Assembly: GCA_951406725.2 (NCBI GenBank)
Contig: OX597842.1
Coordinates: 1,178,001 to 1,242,000, forward strand
Direction of reading: 5' to 3'
DNA: 64,000 nt
DNA from: Octopus vulgaris
Taxonomy: Eukaryota
The notes beneath the pieces were generated by a model. The model was not told where the DNA came from and did no database searches. It saw only the letters and a program-made list of their open reading frames with translations. Shown here piece by piece: positions 52,666 to 64,000 of this stretch. The translations under genes were made by a program, and so were the position numbers. Every line of letters begins with the position of its first letter. Within the stretch, counting starts at the first letter, position 1.

Positions 52666-52821
52666 GCGTTCAAGAATTTGGACCTGGAGATCTCCATTTC
52701 CAGTGACTTCGAGGGCCACCTCCCAGTGGTGTCGGGCGTCAACGAAGAGCCCTCTACTACAAGCCAACCAAAGTTTTTCTCTTTTTCCCAAGATCTGGGG
52801 TCTCCCGCCCCTAAGCCCTAG
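52666..52821 (+). CDS. Probable terminal coding exon of an unidentified gene (AFKNLDLEISISSDFEGHLPVVSGVNEEPSTTSQPKFFSFSQDLGSPAPKP*)
   Basis: CAG|GCG acceptor; 24 of the first 29 codons end in G/C in an AT-rich context; ends in TAG; unique sequence. The polypyrimidine tract is weak. Confidence 0.5.
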   Translation, partial: AFKNLDLEISISSDFEGHLPVVSGVNEEPSTTSQPKFFSFSQDLGSPAPKP

Positions 52822-53106
52822 ACCATCACCTAATCACCCTTACCCGTCTTGTTGCTTAACAACAACAACAAAATCATCAACAGCAGTAAGACTACCAACA
52901 TCACCTCAACCACCACCACCAACACCACTACCATCACCAACACTATCATCATCACCATCACAACTATCACCACCACCATCATCAACCTCCCTTCTGTAAT
53001 AACCATCATCATCACCACCACTACAAACAACATCACCACCGCAACCACCACCACCACCACCTTTATGAATGTCATAATTGTTTGATTTTTATGTTTGTAT
53101 GGCTGA

Positions 53107-53400
53107 GACACATCACCTCTCTACAACTTGAGGAAGGAATACAGACTTGGTTAGTCAGGGTTGTGAAAAAATATCACCCAAAACAAGATTCTACTCAGTG
53201 ACGTCGCTTTTGGGTGAGATGAGATTATCTCCCTTCAGTTGGTTCCAGCGACAGTTCCAATTAGCTTAAGTTCAAAGGGAGATAAACACCACCTCACCTA
53301 GAAAGGATGCTACTCAGTAGCATTTCATTTCTGGGTTTTTTTACAACCCTGACTAATCAAGATTGTATTCCTACCTCCAGTTGTAGAGAGGTAACGTGTC
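53107..53400. mobile_element. Fold-back/MITE with ~130-bp imperfect TIRs
   Basis: GACACATCACCTCTCTACAAC...TTAGTCAGGGTTGT is mirrored by ACAACCCTGACTAA...GTTGTAGAGAGGTAACGTGTC. Confidence 0.8.
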
Positions 53401-53856
53401 TGTGGCCAACAAGTCTGATGAGTCACCTACAACTCTAAGAACCAACCATAACCAACAAATATATTAAATATATATATGTACCCAAAGGTGATAGTTTCCC
53501 TTCCTTCTGGTGGTGCAGGTATTTTCATATTGATAGTGTGGTGTGAAGAGCATCTGACTTGTGTGGTGTGAAGGAGCGCAGCAATCACTGTATTGTTGAG
53601 GCAGAAACTTCAAGTCCTGTATGTGAGTCACCATAACTGTATCATTCAATAAATATGGTCCTCTACCAAAAGTATTGAGTTCCACCTCTTTTGATGTCAC
53701 ATGCAGTGTGTTAATGTATAAATAGTCACATTATATATATATGTATGCATGTATGTATGTATAACCGCAGAGATGGTATTGTGGATTTCCACCTCGGCAT
53801 CCGAAACTCAGAGTTTTATCTTGGCTATTGAATAATTGTCACATATTATTTTACAG

Positions 53857-53887
<31 letters not shown>

Positions 53888-54346
53888 TATAATAATAATA
53901 ATATTAGGGAGTAAATCCAAACTTGCAGGGAAAAATTAGATTTAGGATTAAATCTAATTTTACAGTATAAATATATATATATTAAATTAGAAATAAAACC
54001 ACTATTAGGCCAATCAAACAGTGAAAAAAATTAACCAAAACATAGAAATAAAATTAATTAATATAATATACAAAATATATAAAAAATATAAAATTCAAAA
54101 TTTAAATTATTTAAATTTAAAGTTAAAATTTAAAAAATTATTTACATTATTAATTTATACTTATAAATTTATATATATATATAGGTGCAGGAGTGGCTGT
54201 GTGGTAAGTAGCTTGTTTACCAACCACATGGTTCCGGGTTCAGTCCCACTGCGTGGCACCTTGGGCAAGTGTCGTCTACTATAGCCTCGGGCCGACCAAA
54301 GCCTTGTGAGTGGATTTGGTAGACGGAAACTGAAAGAAGCCCGTCG

Positions 54347-54381
<35 letters not shown>

Positions 54382-54594
54382 TTGTATATCTGTGTTTGTC
54401 CCCCAACATCGCTTGACAACCGATGCTGCTGTGTTTATGTCCCCGTCACTTAGCGGTTCGGCAAAGAGACCGATAGAATAAGTACTGGGCTTACAAAGAT
54501 TAAGTCCTGGGGTCGAGTTGCTCGATTAAAGGCGGTGCTCCAGCATGGCCGCAGTCAAATGACTGAAACAAGTAAAAGAGTAAAAAAAGAGAGA

Positions 54595-54632
<38 letters not shown>

Positions 54633-54769
54633 ATATAAATATATACTTCGTTTTTGTATTTGTTTTGCAAGATTTTTGATGTGGATACATGTGTTAAAAA
54701 AATCTTCTTGGATCTTGGGAGAGTCATTAAACCAACTCACAATAATATAAATATTTATATATGCACATA

Positions 54770-55607
54770 AGGCGTGTGATGAATAAACTGTTGTCTAAAT
54801 TATGCAAAAATAAAAATAATACTGACATCTCATTTTCACAGATATATTTACCAAAATTACATAAAAACATCTTAAAATACTAAAGAGTAAATTTATTCAA
54901 AATAATCGCCATTGACTTCAACCACAGCTTCCAGATGACTTTGGAATCTCCTGCAATTCTTCTGGATGGTCTCCTTGTTTAAGTTGGTGAATGCTGCCAT
55001 AATTCTTGCCTTCATTTCATCTTTGATGTTAGAAGGAGTTTTGTTGGTCTCTCGCTCAACTGTGCCCCACACATAATAATCAAGGAGGTTGCAGTTTAGG
55101 GAGTTAGGAGGCCAGATGTTATGGATGATGTGGTCACAGAAATTGTCTGACATGATTGGATTCTCTTGCTTGTGTGGCATGGTGCAGAGTCCAGTTACCA
55201 GACATAAGGTCTTCCAGCAGCCACCCTCTTGAACCAGGGCAGCACTACATCTTTCAGGCCTCTGTGTTGAGTGTGAGGCTGTGTCGGAAGATGAAGGGAA
55301 GCATAACATCACCATCACTAGTAATCACTCTAAACACCATGATGTTGACTGGATGTTTGATTTTTATTACTCTCAGTATGATCTTTATCACTTCCAGCAT
55401 GATTTTCTATCATTTCTGGCGTGAATGCCAAGCAGTACAGCATGTTGTCTCCAAATTTCTGGCTAAATGAACTGTATCATGGTGCTGTTTTCCACACAGA
55501 CAGTGCCCAACTGACCCTATGATACTGTGTAGTTGACAAAATCGAAAACAATGTGCATACAGGAAATTAAAAATATAAAATGGTGATAATTTACCCATCA
55601 TGCCCTG
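54770..55607 (-). mobile_element. Decayed Tc1/mariner transposon with transposase C-terminal remnant
   Basis: IWPPNSLNCNLLDYYVWG..E (from the WPPNSPDLNP.DY motif)...NGDYFE; TIR-like CAGGGCATGATGGGTAAA at the right end. Confidence 0.85.
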
Positions 55608-55614
55608 TATATAC

Positions 55615-55647
<33 letters not shown>

Positions 55648-55680
55648 CACACACATACATAAATACACACACACAAACAC

Positions 55681-55711
<31 letters not shown>

Positions 55712-55959
55712 GTGCAAGATAAGGAGTTTAATCGATAATTTTTAATATTTATAGAATATCTAATAAAGTTTATAAGTTTAAGTAGGTTCCTGGTGATGTG
55801 GGTCAAAGAGGAATTGGTGAGTGGGGAGGGGAGGACAAGAAACTTGTCTCCCCCCCCCTTATAGAAGGGAGCCAAGAAAAATAATATCAGATCATTCGTT
55901 TGTCTGTGCTGTAAGATCTTATCTGAACTAACCTCATCGTCTTCGACGTCATCATTGTT

Positions 55960-56817
55960 GTTGTCATTGTTTTTATCATCACTGCCACCACCACCACCAC
56001 CACCACCACCACCACCACCACCAACATCATCATCATCATCACCACTACAACAATCATTATCATCATCATCATCACTACCACCACCACCACCACCACCACC
56101 ACCACCACCAACATCATCATCATCATCACCACTACAACAATCATTATCATCATCACACCACCACCACCACACCACCACCACCACCATCACCACCACCACC
56201 ACCACCACCACCACCACCACCAACATCATCATCATCATCACCACTACAACAATCATTATCATCATCATCATCACTACCACCACCACCACCACCACCACCA
56301 CCACCAACATCATCATCATCATCACCACTACAACAATCATTATCATCATCACCACCACCACCACCACCACCACCACCACCACCACCACCACCACCACCAC
56401 CACCACCACCAACATCATCATCATCATCACCACTACAACAATCATTATCATCATCATCATCACTACCACCACCACCACCACCACCACCACCACCAACATC
56501 ATCATCATCATCACCACTACAACAATCATTATCATCATCACCACCACCACCACCACCACCACCATCATCAACCACTATTACAACTATCATCATCATCATC
56601 ATCACTACCATTGTTGGTATCCCCATCAGTGTCACTTCTGCTACTACCATCGCCACCACCACCATCAACACTATTGTTGCCACTTCCTGCACTACTAGTG
56701 ACTTTGTCCTCATCATCATCATCACCATCATCACCATCACCATCACCACCACCATCATCATCCATCATCATCATCACCATCATCGTCATTATCATCATCA
56801 TCACCATCATCGTCATC

Positions 56818-56851
<34 letters not shown>

Positions 56852-57130
56852 CCATCATCATCATTATCATCATATCACCATCGTCATCATCACCACCACT
56901 ATCATCATCATCATCGTCATTATCATCATCATCACCATCATCGATCATTAACATCATCGTCATCACCATCACCACAGATATCATCATAATCAACATTATC
57001 ATCATCTGCATCACCATCACCATCATAGAGATCATCATTACTGTCAACATCAACATCAGCCTCACCACCACCACCACCACCACAACTGATAATCCTCATC
57101 ATCATCAACATCAACGCCACACCATAAACA
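55960..57130. repeat. (ACC)n/(ATC)n tract with a higher-order unit repeated ~7 times (55980-56560)
   Basis: (ACC)n-AAC-(ATC)5-ACCACTACAACAATCATTATC recurs with variable (ACC) length. Confidence 0.9.
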
Positions 57131-57509
57131 TCACCATTCTCTTCCCCTTCCTCATCATTATCCTTCCCCTCCTCCTCCTCATCATTAGTTTTACGTTTAC
57201 TTTTCCATGCTTGCATGGGTCAGATGAGTGTATGTGGGGGGCAGTATTTTTTATAGCTGGATGCTCTTCCTGTCATCAACCTTCACTTGATTCAAGGCAA
57301 GGCAATCACACAGTTCACTGAACAGCAAACAGCTCAGACATGCATTTGTGGTGGATTGCAAGCTGATGACATCAGTGAAGCCTTTGCTGACAACAAGTAA
57401 GCAAAATGCATGTATAACCGAATGAAATATGCAATCACTCACTTACATACACACATTTATATATATACATATGTATATACATATGTATATATACATGTAT
57501 AAATACAGT

Positions 57510-57557
<48 letters not shown>

Positions 57558-57656
57558 TAACGGGAAGGTTTACGAAAATAAACAAAAGACGAAGACAGGT
57601 GGAGTACAAACAAACAAATGTATTAGTGTGGTGCTCAGGAATAGAAATAGAACAAG

Positions 57657-57694
57657 TCTTTTACGTTTCGAGCCTACGCTCTTCGACAGAAAGA
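57657..57694 (-). ncRNA. Hammerhead-like motif with variant core (CUGUCGA); degenerate sister copy at 46512-46549
   Basis: Minus strand reads UCUUU-CUGUCGA-A-GAGC-GUAG-GCUC-GAAACGUA-AAAGA: perfect stems I and II, ACGU palindrome, GUA triplet, but A6 replaced by U. Confidence 0.55.
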
Positions 57695-58912
57695 TACACA
57701 GAAAAAAAACAAGGAGAGAAAAAAAGAGAGAAAAAAATGCATGTAGGAACTTGCGATCTATCATGACATCCTGACTTCGGACAGTGGTCAGACGCGAGAA
57801 GGACAGTAGGGGAGATAACTGGGTCAAGTGACTTCCAATACAAAGGTGCCCCCAACATTAATATATATATACACACGTATGTATGTATGTATGTATTATA
57901 TATTGAAAGGATGTATTATAATACAATTCCACATATACAAAAACAGCCATACCAACAATCCAATGTATGACCATCATCAGCTGCCTCATGGATATCATTA
58001 TGGTTTCGACACCTGGACAGTACCATTCAATCCAGTAGTATCAACAGAACTAAAATAGGTGTTGTTTGGGAACAAATAAACCAGACCCCGATCAAATCGT
58101 CCAACCCATGCCAGCATGGAAAATGGACGTTAAACGATGACGATGATGATGACACTAGATTATTAGTATTGCAATGCCTAAGCAAAACATTCTTTTCTAC
58201 TCTAGGCACAAGGCCTAAAATTTTGAGGGGAGGGGGCCAGTCAATGAGATCGACCCCAGTACGCAACTGGTACTTAAGTTATCAACACCAAAAGGACGAA
58301 AGTCAAAGTCGACCTTGGCAGAATTTGAACTCAGAACATAAAGATAGATGAAATACTCCGAAGCATTTTGCCCGGCGTGCTAACATTTCTGCCAGCTTGC
58401 CACCTAAGCAAAATATTAAACTACAGTATATATATACATAAATATATATATATATATGTACGTATGTATACACACAAAATTTATTATATGTGTGTGCATG
58501 TGTGAGGGTATATATACTCTTTTACTTGTTTCAGAAATTTGACTGTGGCCATGCTGGAGTACCGCCTTTAGTTGAGCAAATCGACCCCAGGACTTATTCT
58601 TTGTAAGCCTAGTACTTATTCTATTGGTGTCTTTTGCCGAACCGCTAAGTTACAGGAGACGTAAACACACCAGCACCAGTTGTCAAGCAATGTTGGGGGG
58701 ACAAACACAGACACACAAACATATACACTCACACACAGACATATATACACACATATATGCAAGCTTCGTTTCCATCTACCAAATCCACTCACAAGGCTTT
58801 GATCGGCCCGAGGCTATAGCAGAAGACACTTGCTCAAGGTGCCACGCAGTGGGAATGAACCCAGAAACATGTGGTTGGTAAGCAAGCTACTTACCACACA
58901 GCCACTCTTACA

Positions 58913-58956
<44 letters not shown>

Positions 58957-59513
58957 CACACAGATAGGTTCACATACAAACGCAAGTCACAGATATTTAT
59001 AAAATAAGATGATTCCGCAAGAGACAAAGAGAAACAGAGAGAGAGAGAGAGAGAGTGAGAGAAAGATAGAGAAAAGAAAGACAAAGAGAGAACAGACTGA
59101 ATCGTAAAAATGGTAGTGAAAGTAGAGCCAAATGTTAAATAAAATTAAAAAAATCATACATAAAAGTAAACAAACAAACACAAAACAGACAAACGAAAGA
59201 TACTGAAATTTGCGTAAAAAATATCTATTTTATCTTCTTGCAATTCCTTATGAAAATAACTGACTTTTATGCTGTTTTTTGTGTAGTTTTGTTCTTGTTT
59301 TAGGTTTCTTTTTATACTTTTTACATATTTTTCTTTGTTCATTCTCCTTATTTTCTTTACGGTTCTTTTCTGTTTCTTTTTTGTTATTATTTATTTATTT
59401 ATCAATATTTGCTTCTACCACTTTTTCTACTTATATTTGGAACAATAAAAAACACACAGAAGTAAACAATATCCATGATTGTATGTGTGTGTACTTATAT
59501 TATTAGTATATAA

Positions 59514-59560
<47 letters not shown>

Positions 59561-59885
59561 ATTATTTATATGTATATGCATATATGTACAAAATATATTA
59601 TATAAATATGTATATAACTATTTTTATGTATAAGTACATATGCACAAATATAATTTATATATATATCTATATATCTTATATAAATATACATATAAGTATT
59701 TATATGTATATGTGTATATGTACATCTAATTATATATGTATATATGCATTTATACATATTGTTATATACAGGTATCTACATATATGTGTTTATGTCTACA
59801 TATGTATAAAAATTTATATATATATATATGCATATATGTATATATAAATCATTTATACATGCATATATACATGGTTCTGTATGTG

Positions 59886-59935
<50 letters not shown>

Positions 59936-59945
59936 TGTGTGTATG

Positions 59946-60034
<89 letters not shown>

Positions 60035-60402
60035 TTGGTAGATAGATAGTTAGACAGATAGTGAGATAGATAGGTAGATAGAGGGATATATTGTAAGATA
60101 TATATACATAAAAATATGATTCAATTGAAGATACTGCAATAAACATGTAGGAGTATAATGCACTTACCCCCTTTCTGCTCTTTGCATGATGTTTGCAAAT
60201 ATCTTGCACTCAGTCACTTTTCCTCTATGTGGACATATATAGTAAAACGCTAATTCTTTTGGGTGTTTTTGTTGATATATGTAATTGATATGTTTTTAAG
60301 TACAGATCCCTTTAAATTAAATTCTATTTAAATTTATCTCATTTGAAAAGATTTTTTATTTTTGAAGTTCATGTTTTATTTATCTTATCTCTCTCTCTCT
60401 CT

Positions 60403-60449
<47 letters not shown>

Positions 60450-61419
60450 TGCATTTACATATATATATATATATACATATATATACATATATTTATATAC
60501 ATATATATACATATATTTATATACATATATATACATATATTTATATACATATATATACATATATTTATATATATATATATATATATATGTATACAAGCTT
60601 AGAGTGGTTGTGTGGTAAGTAGCTTGCTTACGAACCACATGATTCTGGGTTCAGTCCCACTGCGTGGAACCTTGGGCAAGTGTCTTCTACTGTAGCCTCA
60701 GGTCGACCAAAGCCTTGTGAATGGATTTCGTAGATGGAAACTGAAAGAAGCCTGTCGTATATGCGTAGATATATATATATGTGTGTGTATGTTTGTGTGT
60801 CTGTGTTTCTCCCCCGAACATCACTTGACAACCGATGCTGGTGTGTTTACGTCCTCGTAACTTAGCGGTTCTGCAAAAGAGACCAATAGAATAAGTACTA
60901 GGCGTGCAAAGAATAAATCATGGGGTCCTGGTGTCGATTTGCTCAACTAAAGGCAGTGCTCCAGCATAGCCACAGTCAAAATGAGTAAAACAAGTAAAAG
61001 AGTAAAAAAAGAGTATATATATATATATACATATGTATGTATGCATATGTGTACATATTGATATATATATATATATATATATATACATACATACACATAT
61101 ATATACGTATGCATATTGATATATATATATATATATGTATGTGTGAATATGTATGTATACACACACACACATATAATGGACTTCCATTAAAGATGATGTG
61201 TGAGTGTTCAGCATTTGCTAAACGATCTGCCTAAATGACTTTTTTATAGTTCAAGACCACAACGCACTGCCCAGATCAGGAATTGAAACCATGATCATGC
61301 GATCGTCAGTGCAACACCCTAACCACTCAGCCATGTGTCATTACTTATACACACATATATATATGTATTTGAATATTGATAGATACATACATACATGCAT
61401 GCATGCATGCATACATACA

Positions 61420-61920
61420 TGATGATGATGGCCGTCCACTTGTGACCGAGGAAGACCATTGCTGACCCTCAGGAACGTTGTGCGCTCTAGGACTAACTTA
61501 TATTTTGCATTTGCGGCTCCGTTGGTGGCTAATGAGCCCTGCTCTTGACAAGCATACATGACTGCAAACATTGCAGACCAAGCTTTCCTCATTCACTACA
61601 CCAGCAGTGCACTTTCGAGAAGCACGCTTAAGTTCTCCATGCAGAATATTTGCTCTCTCAAAAGTATCGGCCCTCTCCTTAACCGGCTTCCTCCATCTGT
61701 GGTGATGACAGGCATTGCTCTCCCAGTCAGTCTACTGCATATCACAGGCCTTTAATGAGAACTTGACACAGTCCTTTAATCATAGCCTTGGTTTCTGCCA
61801 GGGTCTCTTTTCACTCACAAGTTCCCCATATGGCATCTGTTTAGGGATCCTGCTATCCTTCATTCTAATAAGATGCCCAGTCCAACGTAAGTGGTGCTTG
61901 TGCACCATCACTTCAATAAA
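61420..61920 (-). pseudogene. RTE LINE 3' fragment with (CAT)n tail
   Basis: Minus strand KHHLRWTGHLIRMKDSRIPKQMPYGELVSEKRPWQKPRL, typical of RTE/BovB. Confidence 0.8.
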
Positions 61921-62749
61921 AGGAAATTAAGGCAATATCCTACCCAAACATAAAATTATTTCAAAAAAATCAAACTATAACTGGATTATAGCTGGGAGTT
62001 AACAGTTTAATAACAGTAACCACCCTCAGCTTCCACCATAGACCCAAAACAGCTCCAGTACCAGACACAGGCATTCCTCACAGTATTCCAAGGAAGATCT
62101 TGAAATAATTCCTTGATCTTGGCCCCTGTTTGTGTTAGGTTTTTTAGTCAGAGCAGGTGGTGTCTTCCTCAATTGCATTCCAGACAATAATCCATGGGAT
62201 TACAATTAAAGTGATTAGCAGGCCACAGATTAGGATTGGTGAAGTTACTCATTACTCTTTAATCACAAAGCTTTGGTCAGCCCAAGGCTATAATAGAAGA
62301 CACTTGCCCAAGTTGCCATTCAGTGGAATTGAACCCGGAACAATGTGGTTGAGAAGTTGGTGAAAAGTGTGAATCAAGGTGTTATTATAAAGTGTTTAGG
62401 AAAGCAAGAATTACCCAGAATTACCCCAAAATATAAGGATACATCATTCCTGAATGAGATTGGAAGTGAGTTGTCTCACCTTACTATGACTCTTAAGTGT
62501 TTCAACACTCAGCATTACAAGGGAGTTATATGTGAGCAACAGGCAGCAGGAAAAGGGGACAAGAGAGAGGAAGAAGGAAAGAAACAAAAGGGAATGAGAA
62601 GAAGGGAGAAGGAAAGAAAGATAGTAGATAATGAAAGAAAGGCAAGTGACTACAGGCCATTTTTCTTGTTTCTCTGTCTTTTGTGGATTGGAGGGTCCGC
62701 TATCCAGACATCATTTCTCTCACCTCTCGATATATTTCAAAATTTCTCC

Positions 62750-63010
62750 TAAGTGTTAAGCTCTATCTGCAACGATTTCATCTCAATCGAAGGAGAGGAG
62801 CTTTCTCTGTCCAGGTTGCGGATCTGTGGAATAAGCTGCCGGACGAGATAGTGAAGATGCCGACGACCGCTCGGTTCAAAGTCTCTCTTGACCAGAAATG
62901 GCCTGAGCTCTTTGCATGAACACCCTCTCTGTACATAACTCCATGTCCCCCTACATGGCCTTGCTTTTTGCTTTTTGAGCCAAAAAATTAACTTAACTTA
63001 ATTTAACTAT
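62750..63010 (+). pseudogene. CR1/L2-group LINE 3' end with (TTAAC)n tail
   Basis: KLYLQRFHLNRRRGAFSVQVADLWNKLPDEIVKMPTTARFKVSLD matches the CR1 ORF2 C-terminus (F..RV...WN.LP...FK..LD). Confidence 0.85.
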
Positions 63011-64000
63011 TACAAGTTGTCTTGGTCTAACATACCTTAATATCTGTCTTCGTTGATGTTTACTTCTGTACATCCACTCTGGTGTCGTTTGTTCATTCAA
63101 AGCCCTAAACTTCCACAAATTTCTGGATGCTGCTGTCTTATGAAGTTTTCCTGACTTCTTGTTAAAAGCACGAAACGGAGAGTAATATCACAGATGACAA
63201 CTGAGGAGGGGGTTAGACTTCTTTTGGCATTTTGTCCTGTATTTATCTCTCGGTATGCTTACATATTTTTCACTTGTAGGTGATATCCTGTTCTTTATAT
63301 ATATTTTTTCATTTATTTAATAACTGAATCCTACGCAGCATCTGTCAACAGTATATATATATATGTACATATCTATATGTGTGTGTCTTTGTGGATGTAT
63401 TTGTCCCCCCATCACCATTTGACAACTGGGTTGTTGATGTGCTTATATCCCTGTAACTTAGCAGTTTGGCAAAAGAGACTGATAGAATAAGTACTAGGCT
63501 TAACAAATAAGTCTTGGTGTTGATTTGTTTGGCTAAAATCTTTCAGGCAGTGCTCCAGTATGGCTGCAGTCAGATGACTGAAAGAAGTAAAAAATATATA
63601 GACATACACATGATGGGCTTCTTTCAGTTTCCGTCTACCAAATCTACTGACAAGGATTTGGTTGGTCCAAGGCTATAGTAGAAGTCATTTGCCCAAGATG
63701 TCATGCAGTGGGACTGAACCTGGAACCATGTGGTTGGGAAGCAAGCTTCTTACAACACAGCCATGCTTGCACCTATTTGAAAGCAACATCATTTTATTTG
63801 TAAGAATCTGTTAAATAACATATTGCAATTTGATTGGCCACCAGCAGATATACACATACACATATATACACATGCACATACACTCATATACACACACACA
63901 TGCATATACATAAATGCACAGACACACAAACACACATACATGCACACATAAAAACACACACATGCACATACACTCACACACACTCATAAATACACATGCA

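Noticed and set aside
55591-57321. Poly-His/Thr/Val/Asp/Gly ORFs resembling structural proteins (also 900-3500, 16000-17100, 23700-24700, 43300-43950)
   Set aside because: Trinucleotide repeats are open in most frames on both strands, with no splice or codon evidence.
57325-57402. Exon-like TCICGGLQADDISEAFADN|GTAAG
   Set aside because: Directly continues a degenerate RTE-tail repeat (57185-57310) and has no polypyrimidine acceptor.

Overview
Eukaryotic, AT-rich, extremely repeat-dense DNA, either intronic or intergenic. The SINE, LINE and microsatellite repertoire looks like a coleoid cephalopod (Octopus-like) genome, but that is an inference. Almost all ORFs in the six-frame track are artefacts of (TA)n/(CA)n/(GGT)n/(ATC)n microsatellites or SINE copies. 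Supported content: ~30 copies or fragments of one tRNA-derived SINE, a second SINE that often forms head-to-tail multimers, an RTE-tail element with internal tandem units, and decayed LINEs (RTE, RLE-type R4/Dong-like, CR1/L2). Also present are Tc1/mariner and hAT remnants/MITEs, two Helitron-like non-autonomous elements, several long fold-back elements, and two minisatellites born from RTE 3' ends. The most notable signal is a set of minimal type I hammerhead-ribozyme motifs of the kind known from Penelope-like elements. It includes a TSD-flanked composite element (42303-42780) in which a tRNA-like Pol III head sits between two inverted hammerhead-bearing arms. No complete host gene is visible. 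A few short unique islands look exon-like, best 52666-52821 (+).
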